Source of the DNA: Candidatus Poriferisocius sp.
Lineage (GTDB): Bacteria; Actinomycetota; Acidimicrobiia; Acidimicrobiales; Bin134
Assembly (NCBI RefSeq): GCF_965208355.1
Contig: NZ_CBDBOM010000003.1
Span: 1,411,323 to 1,475,322 of the forward strand
Direction: 5' to 3'
DNA length: 64,000 nucleotides
Part shown: piece after piece, positions 5,859 through 14,613 of the stretch
Layout of the letters: every line of letters starts with the position of its first letter
Numbering within the stretch: the stretch's first letter is position 1
Position numbers and translations under genes: made by a program
Notes under the pieces: generated by a model
The model's input: the letters and a program-made list of their open reading frames with translations, nothing else
Database searches by the model: none
What the model was told of the DNA's origin: nothing

Positions 5859-7553
5859 TCACTCCCCGATGCGTCGGTATGGTGCCGTCTGCTCGATGCA
5901 GGTGGGAATGTCGGGGTCGTTGGGGCACGGGAAGTTGAACACCAGCTCGGTCACCACATCGGGAGCGCCGAACTTGTCGGGACCGAAGGTGGCAGGAAGC
6001 TGGTGCTGGATGTCGACCGAGCCCATATTCCTAAAGGCGTTGAAGATGTCTTCGCGGGTGGGGTTGGGACCGGCGTCATACAGGGCCCGAGCCACCATGC
6101 GCATCTCGCTACACACCGTGTTGGTCATGCCGTAGGCGCTGTCGTAGCTCCCGTACACATCCCGGATGTTGGCGGCGCCAATGTCGTTGTTGTTGGCGTA
6201 GGTCTCGTTGCACATGATGTTCAGCGGCGCATTGAAGCTGAGCACGGGGTCGGAGACCCGGAAATTCCCGGTGGGGGCATCGTCGATGATGATGGTGCCG
6301 TTGTAGAGTTCGGCCGCAGCGTCACCGCCGAACTGGGCCACCTTGCCCGACACCAGATCGCCGGCCTGGCTATTGAAGTCGGAGTTGTAGAACTGCACGT
6401 CGCCGGGGGCGAATCCCTGGCTGACCATCTCATTGATGAACTGGGGCAAGCTGAGCACGTTGAGCGCGGGGAATAGCACGTCGACGCCTTCCTCAATCAT
6501 CTGCTCTACCGTGATGTCGTTGCCGAGAGTGCATTGGGTAGCCCCACCGCAGCCGATCTGCTCGGCGACCGCGATCTCGTAGCCAGCGTCTTCTAGAACG
6601 TCGATGATCCCGGCCTGCACGGTTTCGGGCTGGCCGGGGGTGTCGGGCCAGACCACGGCGATGGTCTTGCCTTCGAGGGCGCCGGTGGCGATGATGGCCT
6701 TGGTCATGTTGACCACTGAGTCTTCGGCCACCGGGCTGAGCGAATACAGCAGGCCATTGGCTTGCTCGTGGAAGTTGCGGGGGTTGCCCTGGGTGGTGAG
6801 GAACAGGGTGTCGTGTTCGGCAATGCACAAGATGGCGGTGCCTTGGAATCCGGAGGTGTTGACCACGATCACCGCGTTCTTGTCTTCAGTGGCCTCGATG
6901 CAGGCCTGGTTGCGGAGGGTGTCGATGTCCTCACCGCCGCCGCCCAGAGCGGACACTTCGACGAGCTGGAGGTCGATCTTGCGGCCCCAGATGCCGTTGC
7001 ACTGCTCGTTTATCACCTTGGTGAAGGTGTCGAACTGGTTGATGACGTCGCCGACAGGGATGGCAAAGCCGATGCCCTCCAACTCCTCCAGCTTGGTGCG
7101 GAGATGGACGATGGTTATCGAGTCTTCGGTGATTCCCCTATCGGTAGCCTGCGGCGGCGAGTCGGGGTCAGGCGTTGCCGTGCAGAACACGTCCAGCGGC
7201 TGGAACGGGTGAGTCCGGTCGAAGGTCCGGTGGAACTCAATGAACATGTCTCCCCGGGGCTCGTCGAAACCAATCTCCACCGGCTCTTCGGGGGCGGGCT
7301 CGTCCCCGTCGCCGGTGTCGGCAGGCGCCTCGGGTTCGTCGGGAGCGGGAGCTGTCGTCTCTTCTTCAGGTGCGGGCTCGTCCCCGTCGCCGGTTTCGGC
7401 GGGCTCATCCGGCTCATCGGGGGCCGGAGCGGCGGTCTGCTCGGCGGGGGCTGGTTCGGCACCCCCGTCATCGTCGTTATCGCCTCCGCATGCCGCAGCG
7501 ATGAGCGCCAGCGCCAGCAGCGCTCCGAGAATCTTGAGCATCTTGTGAGACAC
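5859..7553 (-). CDS. ABC transporter substrate-binding lipoprotein (Liv / type-I periplasmic binding protein family)
   Basis: GTG 7553 follows AGGGGG. Signal peptide plus lipobox: LALIAAACGG. A ~70-aa acidic tether precedes a ~460-aa PBP-like body. The gene is divergent from the Liv-type permease/ATPase genes. Confidence 0.75.
   Translation of the reverse strand: MSHKMLKILGALLALALIAAACGGDNDDDGGAEPAPAEQTAAPAPDEPDEPAETGDGDEPAPEEETTAPAPDEPEAPADTGDGDEPAPEEPVEIGFDEPRGDMFIEFHRTFDRTHPFQPLDVFCTATPDPDSPPQATDRGITEDSITIVHLRTKLEELEGIGFAIPVGDVINQFDTFTKVINEQCNGIWGRKIDLQLVEVSALGGGGEDIDTLRNQACIEATEDKNAVIVVNTSGFQGTAILCIAEHDTLFLTTQGNPRNFHEQANGLLYSLSPVAEDSVVNMTKAIIATGALEGKTIAVVWPDTPGQPETVQAGIIDVLEDAGYEIAVAEQIGCGGATQCTLGNDITVEQMIEEGVDVLFPALNVLSLPQFINEMVSQGFAPGDVQFYNSDFNSQAGDLVSGKVAQFGGDAAAELYNGTIIIDDAPTGNFRVSDPVLSFNAPLNIMCNETYANNNDIGAANIRDVYGSYDSAYGMTNTVCSEMRMVARALYDAGPNPTREDIFNAFRNMGSVDIQHQLPATFGPDKFGAPDVVTELVFNFPCPNDPDIPTCIEQTAPYRRIGE
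7272..7427 (-). repeat. 2 x 78-nt tandem coding repeat (26-aa acidic unit PAPDEP..TGDGDEPAPEE)
   Basis: Unit 1 is PAPDEPDEPAETGDGDEPAPEEETTA and unit 2 is PAPDEPEAPADTGDGDEPAPEEPVEI. The DNA core gcgggctcgtccccgtcgccggt occurs at 7294 and 7372. Confidence 0.8.
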
Positions 7554-7650
7554 GGTTACCCCCTACGTGCGTTTGAACGGTGAACCCTAGCCGATGAATG
7601 AATGGCTGTGAACCGGCTGATACCGTGCGCTGCGCCTAGCTGATGGCCTA

Positions 7651-9909
7651 GTGTCGCGCCCCGATGGGGGATCAATGGACGACTCGGTAGAACCGGAAGT
7701 CGAAGACTCTCAGCTGGATGATCCGGCCAGTCTGGCCTCGGCGGTCTTTGAGGAGGAGTCCAAGCGCCTAGCCGAACAAGAGGCCAAGTCGGAGGTCATA
7801 GTGCTCCCCGACGACTTGTTGCCCGGCGTGGGCGAGGAGCCCATGACCCTCAAGCAGGGCATCCGGGCTGGCGGGGCCAGCATGCTGGTGGTGCTGTTCC
7901 TGCTCAACGTGATCGACGAATTCGATCGGGTGGCGATCGCCGTACTCCTCCCCGACCTCCAGGAGGCCTTCGGGGTGTCGGACACGGTAATCCTGGGTAT
8001 CTCCTCATTCGGCGGCGTGGCCCTAGTGCTGGGAGCAGTGCCGTTGGCCTGGCTGGCCGACCGGGTGAAGCGCACTCTAATCGTGCCCATCGCCACCGCA
8101 GGGTGGGCGGTGAGCGTGTTTTTGACCGGGTTGGTGAGGAACCCGTTCCAGTATTTCTGGACCCGGGTACTCACCGGGGCGGGCCAGGCCAACCGTCTGC
8201 CGGTTCACTCCTCGCTGCTCACCGACACCTATCCCATTCCCGCCCGAGCCCGGATTTTCGCTTTCGAGGGCATGGGCCGGCCCATCGGCTTGCTCATCGG
8301 CCCAGTGCTGGCCGGAGCCATCGCCTCGATCGCCGGTGGCGACGACGGGTGGCGGTGGGCGTTCTATATCTTCGCCATTCCACCGATTGTCCTCGCGCTG
8401 GTGTCGCTGCTGCTCAAGGAACCCCCTCGCGCGGGGAACGAACAGCAGGCCATCTTGGGCGAGCAGTACGATATGCCCCCCATCGGCTCGGACCTTCCCG
8501 TGTCGATGTCCACCGCCTTCGCCCGGCTCAAGAAGGTCAAGACTTTCTACTTCTTGGCCGTGGGCGTTGGCACCCTCGGCTTTGCGCTGGTGACGCTGCC
8601 CAGTCAGCTCAACCTCATGCTGAAGGACGAGTACGGCTACGAGGCGTTCCAGCGGGGATGGGTGACGTCGCTGGTGTGGCTGGCCAGTTTAGTGGCCATC
8701 CCGATCTCAGGATTCAAGTTCGACGGGATGTTCCGGGAGGATCCCAGCAAGATGGTGAGGACCGCGGGCACCCTCATCATCATGTCGGGCGTTCTGGTGC
8801 TTGTCGCCATGCGATTCCACCAGCCCGCCATCATGATCTTCGGCATAAGCCTGGCCAACGCCTGCACTTCGGCCTCATTTGTGGCTGCCGCCCCCACTAT
8901 CGGCGCAGTGGCCCCCTACCGGATGCGGGCCCAGGCCTTTGCCCTGCTGCCGGTGTTCATATTCTTGATGGGCGGCTTCATGGGCAGCATCATCGCCGGG
9001 TCGATCAGCGACGCCCACGGAGAACGCCTGGCCATCAGCATCGTGGCCCCGCCGGCGTCGATCATCGGCGGACTGCTGGTGGCCTACGGCTCCCGGTACA
9101 TCAAACGAGATATCTCGCTGGCAGTGAGCGAGCTGGTGGAAGAGCAGGAGGAGATGCGCCGCATGTCGGAGCATCCCGACGACATCCCGGTGCTCCAGGT
9201 GCGGGGACTGGACTACAGCTACGGCCCGGTGCAGGTGCTGTTCGACTGCGGTTTAGAGGTTCGCCGGGGCGAGACGCTGGCCCTGCTGGGCACCAACGGC
9301 GCGGGCAAGTCCACCCTGCTGCGGGCTGTTAGCGGCCTAGGCGTGCCTGACCGAGGGGCCATCCGGCTTAACGGGCGCACCATCACCTACGCCGATGCCG
9401 AGCTGCGCTTCAAACAGGGAATCGTGCAGGTGCGGGGCGGTGCCGGTGTGTTCCCCGGGCTGTCTGTGGAAGAGAACCTCCTGGCCACCATGTTGAGCAC
9501 CAAGGAGGAGAAGGACGAGATCTATCGGCGGGTTGAGCGGGTGTACGACGTATTCGGGGTGCTGAGGGAGAAGCGCAACCAGGCCGCGGGCGACCTCTCA
9601 GGAGGCCAGCAGCAGATGTTGGCCTTCGGCATGGGGCTGATGCACGAGCCCGAGGTGCTGCTCATCGACGAGCTGTCGCTGGGCTTGGCCCCGGTGGTGG
9701 TGCAGGAACTGCTGGAAGTGGTGGAGCAGCTGAAGGAGACAGGACTGACCATGATCATCGTGGAACAGTCGCTCAACGTGGCTTTGAGTGTGGCCGAGCG
9801 GGCGGTGTTCATGGAGAAGGGTCGGGTTCGATTTGAGGGTCCGGCTCAGGAACTGGCCGAGCGGGACGACCTGGTTCGGGCGGTGTTCTTGGGCGCGGAG
9901 GGCGGCTAA
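7651..9909 (+). CDS. fusion protein: MFS-like multi-TM domain + LivF-type ABC ATPase
   Basis: One uninterrupted 752-aa ORF (GTG 7651; alternative ATG 7675 after GGGGGA). N-terminal half shows MFS hallmarks (AWLADRVKRTLIV; GWRWAFYIFAIP). C-terminal half has GTNGAGKST, LSGGQQQMLAFGMGL, LLIDELSLGLAP and RAVFLG. Confidence 0.8.
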   Translation: MSRPDGGSMDDSVEPEVEDSQLDDPASLASAVFEEESKRLAEQEAKSEVIVLPDDLLPGVGEEPMTLKQGIRAGGASMLVVLFLLNVIDEFDRVAIAVLLPDLQEAFGVSDTVILGISSFGGVALVLGAVPLAWLADRVKRTLIVPIATAGWAVSVFLTGLVRNPFQYFWTRVLTGAGQANRLPVHSSLLTDTYPIPARARIFAFEGMGRPIGLLIGPVLAGAIASIAGGDDGWRWAFYIFAIPPIVLALVSLLLKEPPRAGNEQQAILGEQYDMPPIGSDLPVSMSTAFARLKKVKTFYFLAVGVGTLGFALVTLPSQLNLMLKDEYGYEAFQRGWVTSLVWLASLVAIPISGFKFDGMFREDPSKMVRTAGTLIIMSGVLVLVAMRFHQPAIMIFGISLANACTSASFVAAAPTIGAVAPYRMRAQAFALLPVFIFLMGGFMGSIIAGSISDAHGERLAISIVAPPASIIGGLLVAYGSRYIKRDISLAVSELVEEQEEMRRMSEHPDDIPVLQVRGLDYSYGPVQVLFDCGLEVRRGETLALLGTNGAGKSTLLRAVSGLGVPDRGAIRLNGRTITYADAELRFKQGIVQVRGGAGVFPGLSVEENLLATMLSTKEEKDEIYRRVERVYDVFGVLREKRNQAAGDLSGGQQQMLAFGMGLMHEPEVLLIDELSLGLAPVVVQELLEVVEQLKETGLTMIIVEQSLNVALSVAERAVFMEKGRVRFEGPAQELAERDDLVRAVFLGAEGG

Positions 9910-9959
9910 GCGGTGAGGCAGGTTGACGAAGGCCGGGGCGTAGACCAGGCGGGCGTGCT

Positions 9960-12818
9960 GTGATCGATATCGGCTGGGAGATCTCTCAGCAGGACTTGTT
10001 CTCGGGCAGCGTGCAGGGTCTCATCGTGGCCGCACTGGCTGCTGGCTTCGTGCTCATCTATCGGTCGACTGGGGTGCTGAACTTCGCCCACGCTGAGATC
10101 GGCAGTTTCGGCGTGGCTCTGATGGCCATGTTGACGTTCCGCTACGACGTGCCTTATTGGCTGGCCTTCTTCTTGTCAGTTGGGGCGGCGGCCGGCTTTG
10201 CCATGGTCACCGAGCTGGTGGTGGTGCGGCGGCTGTTCGACTCACCCCGCCTGGTGCTGTTCATCGCCACTCTGGGGGTGGCCCAGCTGGCCATCTTCGC
10301 CGCCATCCAGCTTCCCGACGTGTCCCGGCCGGGGCCGTTTCCGCTGCCCCCCAAGCTCACCGCCCAAGAATTCCGCTGGGAGGTGACCGATCACCTGCGC
10401 ATCGGAGGGCGCGAACTCATCGTGGTGATCATGGTGCCGCTGGTGATCACGATCCTGGCGCTGTTCTTGGGCCGCACTCGATTCGGGCTCGCCATCCGAG
10501 CATCGGCCGACAACGCCGACACCGGACGGCTGTTCGGCATCAGTGTGCGGCGGGTGTCCACCATGGTGTGGACCATCGGCGGGGCGCTGGCGGGGATCAC
10601 GCTCATCCTGTTGGCGCCGTTCCGGGTGAGCGCCGCCGATGCGGGTACCGCCAGCCTCGGTCCCGGCCTGTTGCTGCGAGTGCTGTTGGTTGCGCTCATC
10701 GCTCGAATGCGGTCGCTGTGGGTCACGCTGATCGCCGGCATTGGCCTGGGCATCTTCCAGCGCCTGTTCCAGGGCAACGTCGACCGGGAAATCCGCGAGG
10801 CGGTGGACGTGATCTTCTTCATCGCCATCCTGGTGATCACGGTGATGTTCGCCCGCCGGGGCACTGAGGATGAGGGGGAGTGGTCGCTCTCGCCCAAGGT
10901 GAAGGCCATTCCCGAACGGCTCCGCGGCCTGTGGTACATCCGAAACCTGTCCCGATTCGGGTTCGTGGCCCTGTTCGGCGGTCTTGCGCTGCTGGGGCTG
11001 TTCCTCACCAAGAACTCCAACCTGTACACCTGGACTCGCATCTTGGGCTTTGCGTTGATTGCCTTGTCGGTGTCGATGCTCACCGGCTGGGCCGGCCAGC
11101 TCTCGCTGGGTCAGTTCGCCTTTGCCGGAGTGGGCGGCCTCACCGTCGTGGCGCTGACCGAGGGGGGTGACATCCCCATCCCGTTCGACTGGTGGGACTG
11201 GTCGTTCGACCTGCCGTGGGGAGTGGCCATGGTGATCGCGGTAGCGGCGGGTATGGTCACCGCCTTCATCATCGGGGTGCCCGCGCTGCGAGTGAAGGGC
11301 TTGATGCTGGCGGTGACCACGCTGGCGTTTGCCATTGCTGCCATGTCGTGGATATTCGGGCAGGACGTGTTCACCCAGGGGGCCACCAATACCCCCAAGG
11401 TGGTGCCGCCGGTGTGGGGCCCGTTCGACTTCACCGCCTCCCGAAAGTCGTTCTTCTTCATGGTGTTGGTGCTGTTGGCCCTAGCCGTGTGGATGGTGGC
11501 CCACCTGCGCAAGACCGGCATCGGACGGATGATGATCGCGGTGCGCGACAACGAGGATATGGCCGCGGCGTCCACCGTGTCGGGCAGCAGGATCAAACTC
11601 ATCTCGTTCACGCTGGCCGGGGGATTGGCTGCATTGGGCGGCGGGCTGATCATCACGGGCGAGCCCACCATCAACCCACAGGTGCTGTTCAACGCCAACG
11701 AGTCGATAAACGTCATCGCCATCGCCATTATCGGCGGGCTGGGGTCGATAGCTGGGCCGCTCTTGGGCGTGCTGTGGGTGAAGGGCATCCCGGCCATATT
11801 TGGGGCCAGCGACGAGGTGAGGCTGCTCACCTCTGGCGTGGGCCTGCTGTTGCTGTTGATGTACTTCCCCGGCGGGATCATGCAACTCCTCTACAAGCTG
11901 CGCGACTTCTTGCTGGGAATGGCCGATGAGCGGATGGCGGCCCGGAACATTCCCGAACCGGTGCCGGCGCTGGACAAGCCGGTGCCCATCACCAGCGAGC
12001 GCACTTTGGACATGGAGCCGGGACTCCCGTGGTTGGCAGTTCAAGACGTACACGTGCACTTCGGCGGAAAGGTGGCGGTGGACGAGGTGTCCATCGAGGT
12101 TCACCATGGGGAGTTGGTCGGTCTGATCGGCTCCAACGGGGCGGGGAAATCCACTTTGATGAATGCCATCAGCGGCTTCGTGCCGTTCAACGGCCAGGTA
12201 GAGGTGCTGGGACGCGATATCTCCCGAATGCCGTCATACCGTCGCCACCGGGGCGGCCTGGGGCGGGGGTTCCAACACGCCAAGATCTATCCCGATCTCA
12301 CCGTTCGGGAAGCGCTGATGGTGGCGATGGAGGCTCGCGACCGTTCGCTGTTGGTTCCTTCGCTATTGGGAATTCCGCCGTCGCCGGGCCAAGAGCGGCG
12401 CAAGCGGGCCGATGTGGACAGTCTCATGGACTTTGTGGGGTTGGGGCGCTACGCCGACCACTTCATCTCCAACCTGTCCACCGGCACTCGCCGCATCGTT
12501 GAGCTGGCCAGCCTGCTGGCGGTGGACGCCAAGGTGCTGCTTCTAGACGAGCCCACCGGCGGGGTAGCCCAGCGGGAGAGCGAGGCGTTCGGGCCGCTCA
12601 TCCGCCGCATCCAAGCCGAGCTGGGCGCCGCGGTGGTGGTGATCGAGCACGACATGCCGCTGGTCATGAGCATCAGCGACCGGGTGTATTGCCTGGAGGC
12701 AGGTTCAGTGATCTCAGAGGGTTCGCCGGACGAGGTGCGGAACGATCCGCTGGTGATCGCCTCATACCTGGGCACCGATGTGCGGGCCATCGAGCGCTCC
12801 GGGGAGCGGTCTTCCTAG
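9960..12818 (+). CDS. fusion protein: LivH-like + LivM-like permease domains + LivG-type ABC ATPase
   Basis: 952-aa ORF starting at GTG 9960. LivH-like: GLIVAALAAGFVLIYRSTGVLNFAHAEIG. LivM-like: LTGWAGQLSLGQFAFAGVGG. LivG-like: GSNGAGKSTLMNAISG, LSTGTRRIVELASLL, LLLDEPTGGVAQRE, NDPLVIASYLG. Confidence 0.85.
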   Translation: MIDIGWEISQQDLFSGSVQGLIVAALAAGFVLIYRSTGVLNFAHAEIGSFGVALMAMLTFRYDVPYWLAFFLSVGAAAGFAMVTELVVVRRLFDSPRLVLFIATLGVAQLAIFAAIQLPDVSRPGPFPLPPKLTAQEFRWEVTDHLRIGGRELIVVIMVPLVITILALFLGRTRFGLAIRASADNADTGRLFGISVRRVSTMVWTIGGALAGITLILLAPFRVSAADAGTASLGPGLLLRVLLVALIARMRSLWVTLIAGIGLGIFQRLFQGNVDREIREAVDVIFFIAILVITVMFARRGTEDEGEWSLSPKVKAIPERLRGLWYIRNLSRFGFVALFGGLALLGLFLTKNSNLYTWTRILGFALIALSVSMLTGWAGQLSLGQFAFAGVGGLTVVALTEGGDIPIPFDWWDWSFDLPWGVAMVIAVAAGMVTAFIIGVPALRVKGLMLAVTTLAFAIAAMSWIFGQDVFTQGATNTPKVVPPVWGPFDFTASRKSFFFMVLVLLALAVWMVAHLRKTGIGRMMIAVRDNEDMAAASTVSGSRIKLISFTLAGGLAALGGGLIITGEPTINPQVLFNANESINVIAIAIIGGLGSIAGPLLGVLWVKGIPAIFGASDEVRLLTSGVGLLLLLMYFPGGIMQLLYKLRDFLLGMADERMAARNIPEPVPALDKPVPITSERTLDMEPGLPWLAVQDVHVHFGGKVAVDEVSIEVHHGELVGLIGSNGAGKSTLMNAISGFVPFNGQVEVLGRDISRMPSYRRHRGGLGRGFQHAKIYPDLTVREALMVAMEARDRSLLVPSLLGIPPSPGQERRKRADVDSLMDFVGLGRYADHFISNLSTGTRRIVELASLLAVDAKVLLLDEPTGGVAQRESEAFGPLIRRIQAELGAAVVVIEHDMPLVMSISDRVYCLEAGSVISEGSPDEVRNDPLVIASYLGTDVRAIERSGERSS

Positions 12819-13846
12819 ATCCTCCGTAGAGCGGGGTTGGAGACTGTCGGGGGGATGTAGAAGGCGTCGTCGGGGTTGAGGTCGGTTCCCGGCGGTACCA
12901 GCTCGTCGATGCGGTCGAGCACGTCGGCGCTGAGCCGCAGGTCGGGGTCTTCGAGGGCGGCATCGAGTTGTTGGGGGGTGCGGGGGCCGATGATGGTGGA
13001 GGTGACCGCGGGGTGGGCCAGGGTGAATGCGTAGGCAAGGGTGGCCATGGAGCAACCGACCTCGGCGGCCAGGGCGTCTAGCTCCTCCACCAAATCGAGC
13101 TTGTGTGCAACCACCGGGTTCTCCCGGTCCCAGCGCTTGGCGCTGACGATGTTGCGGGTGGCCCTTGAGTTTTCCGGCCAGTCGGTGTCTTTTCGGTACT
13201 TGCCGGTGAGCCAGCCGCCGTTGAGGGGGCTCCACACGATCACCCCCATGTCGTAGCTCTGACAAGTGGGCAGCACCGACCGCTCGATCTCCCGGGTGAA
13301 GATGGAGTACGGGGGCTGCTCGCAGCGGACCCGCTCCAGGCCGCGGCGCTCGGCGGCCCACTGGCCCTCCACGATGAGCTCGGCGGGGAAAGTGGAAGTG
13401 CCGATCATGCGGATCTTGCCCGCTCGCACCAGATCGGTGAGGGCGGCCAAGGTGTCGCCGAAGTCGGTTCGGGGGTCGGGGCGGTGCATCTGGTACAGGT
13501 CGATGTAGTCGGTGTCGAGCCGGCGCAGGCTGTCTTCCACCGCCTGGGTCACCCACCGGCGGGAGCCGCCCTGCATGTTGATGTCATCACCCATCGGGCC
13601 GTAGAACTTGGTGGCCACCACCACGTTGTCGCGCCGCCCGTTGATGGCCCGTCCGACGATCTCCTCGGAGATGCCCATGCTGTAGCGGTCGGCGGTGTCG
13701 ATGAAGTTGATCCCGGCGTCAAGGGCCTTGTGGGTCATGGCCGCGCACTCGGCCTCGTCGTTGTTGCCTGCGGGGCCGTACATCATGGCGCCCAGGCACA
13801 GCGTGCTTACCTGGACTCCGGAGCCTCCCAGGGTGCGGTATTCCAT
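12815..13846 (-). CDS. aldo/keto reductase
   Basis: MEYRTLGGSGVQVSTLCLGAMMYG...ALDAGINFIDTADRYSMGISEEIVGRAI is a typical AKR N-terminus. GAGAGGA RBS is present. The stop shares the CTAG at 12815..12818 with the convergent gene. Confidence 0.85.
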   Translation of the reverse strand: MEYRTLGGSGVQVSTLCLGAMMYGPAGNNDEAECAAMTHKALDAGINFIDTADRYSMGISEEIVGRAINGRRDNVVVATKFYGPMGDDINMQGGSRRWVTQAVEDSLRRLDTDYIDLYQMHRPDPRTDFGDTLAALTDLVRAGKIRMIGTSTFPAELIVEGQWAAERRGLERVRCEQPPYSIFTREIERSVLPTCQSYDMGVIVWSPLNGGWLTGKYRKDTDWPENSRATRNIVSAKRWDRENPVVAHKLDLVEELDALAAEVGCSMATLAYAFTLAHPAVTSTIIGPRTPQQLDAALEDPDLRLSADVLDRIDELVPPGTDLNPDDAFYIPPTVSNPALRRI

Positions 13847-13880
13847 TGGATTTCCTCTCAGGTGATTCGAAGAACTGACC

Positions 13881-14579
13881 CTATTGGCCGGCGATCTCGG
13901 TGATCACGGCGACCACTGCCTCGGGCTGGGCCAGCATGGGGGAGTGGCTGCCCTCCATGACGATGGAGTTGGCGACCAGCCCCGCGCAGATCTGCTGGAA
14001 GTCAGCGGTCAGGGTGCGGTCGTCGGCGCACACGATGTAGGTGGATTCCACATCCCGCCACGCCGCTCGGGCAAAAGTGAACGGCGCTTGGCCCAGCGGC
14101 TGAGGGCGGAGTTGCGACTCGGCCCAGGCAATATCTTCAGCAGTGCAGTCGTGGTAGAAGAGGTCGCCCGCCGCCCCCGGCTTCACCGAGCTGTAGCCGT
14201 CTTCGCCGTGCTCAAGAGCGGGAAAGAAGTTCTCGGCGATCACCGCTTCGGCCACATCGGGCGGGTTGGCCTCATCGCTCTCGTCGCCGGGCAGAATGGC
14301 AGCCAGATACACCAGGTGGTCAACCGTGGCCGGGTCCAGCCCTGAGATGGACAGGCCTCCCAGCGAGTGGCCCACGGCTATGACGGTGGCGTCGCTGCCC
14401 ATCCGGGCCCGCATGTCATTGACATCGGCCTGGAAGGCCGCGATGTCTTCTGCGGTGGTGGGGCGGCAGAGATCAGAGGCGTGGACGGCCATGTCCTCGG
14501 CCTCCAAGTGGGCCTGAACCCGCTCCCAGCACCATGGTCCGTGAAATGCCCCGTGGGCCAAAACAACTCCTGCGGTCAT
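13881..14579 (-). CDS. alpha/beta hydrolase (esterase family)
   Basis: VLAHGAFHGPWCWERV... and nucleophile elbow GHSLGG; 232 aa. Confidence 0.75.
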   Translation of the reverse strand: MTAGVVLAHGAFHGPWCWERVQAHLEAEDMAVHASDLCRPTTAEDIAAFQADVNDMRARMGSDATVIAVGHSLGGLSISGLDPATVDHLVYLAAILPGDESDEANPPDVAEAVIAENFFPALEHGEDGYSSVKPGAAGDLFYHDCTAEDIAWAESQLRPQPLGQAPFTFARAAWRDVESTYIVCADDRTLTADFQQICAGLVANSIVMEGSHSPMLAQPEAVVAVITEIAGQ

Positions 14580-14613
14580 GGGGCCGCACCTTAGTAGTAA
14601 CTAGTTTCTTCGC

